Of a DNA stretch of 64,000 nucleotides, positions 63,896-64,000 are shown one piece after another. Source of the stretch: Lama guanicoe (Eukaryota). Location of the stretch: contig MU053487.1 in the NCBI GenBank assembly GCA_013239625.1, positions 515,058-579,057 of the forward strand, written 5' to 3'. Below the pieces are notes generated by a model, which ran no database searches, had not been told where the DNA came from, and saw only the letters and a list, made by a program, of their open reading frames with translations. Position 1 is the stretch's first letter, and each line of letters opens with the position of its first letter. Both the position numbers and the translations under genes were made by a program.

Positions 63896-64000
63896 AGTTG
63901 AAAGATTCTTACTTCCTTGTAGTATGAATTCTTATTTAAAGTGTTTATGCCTCAGCTTTTGTATTTCTATAATTTCTTCGATAAATAGTGGTTTGGGAAA

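Larger units (their letters stand above)
60543..63912 (+). other. PDCD6IP: PDCD6IP 3' UTR (long form; end approximate)
   Basis: AU-rich, largely repeat-free sequence from the stop codon to about 15-20 nt past AATAAA at 63890. Confidence 0.7.

Noticed and set aside
1..64000. Prokaryote-type systems (CRISPR arrays, operons, defence islands)
   Set aside because: The window is a spliced mammalian gene with eutherian repeats; no such structures are present.

Overview
Mammalian genomic DNA containing one complete + strand protein-coding gene, PDCD6IP (ALIX/AIP1, an ESCRT-associated Bro1-V-PRD adaptor). It has a CpG-island promoter (~2.85-3.9 kb), 18 coding exons (ATG 3323, TAA 60540-60542) and a ~3.4 kb 3' UTR with proximal and distal poly(A) signals. 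I traced all 17 introns by hand. All are GT-AG and the phases close, giving a 2634-nt CDS (877 aa, or 882 aa with the upstream exon-7 acceptor that adds YFYFQ). The introns carry eutherian repeats (L1, L2, MIR, MaLR, ERV1 solo LTRs, Tigger/hAT relics) and four tRNA-Ala-derived SINEs resembling the camelid Vic family. I saw no Alu, Bov-A/BovB or PRE-1, so a camelid source is likely (inference). There is one 96-N assembly gap. I found no self-contained new biological system. The best leads are: (1) an EYSSL insert in the proline-rich domain whose DNA matches the L1 302 nt downstream; (2) a splicing-control region before exon 7 with two long AG-exclusion zones and a candidate 6-nt microexon; (3) an inverted SINE pair bracketing the frame-neutral exon 16-17 block; (4) a short orphan retroposed 3' end with a perfect 17-bp TSD spanning the gap. 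Repeat family names and comparisons with human ALIX are from recall, not from database searches.
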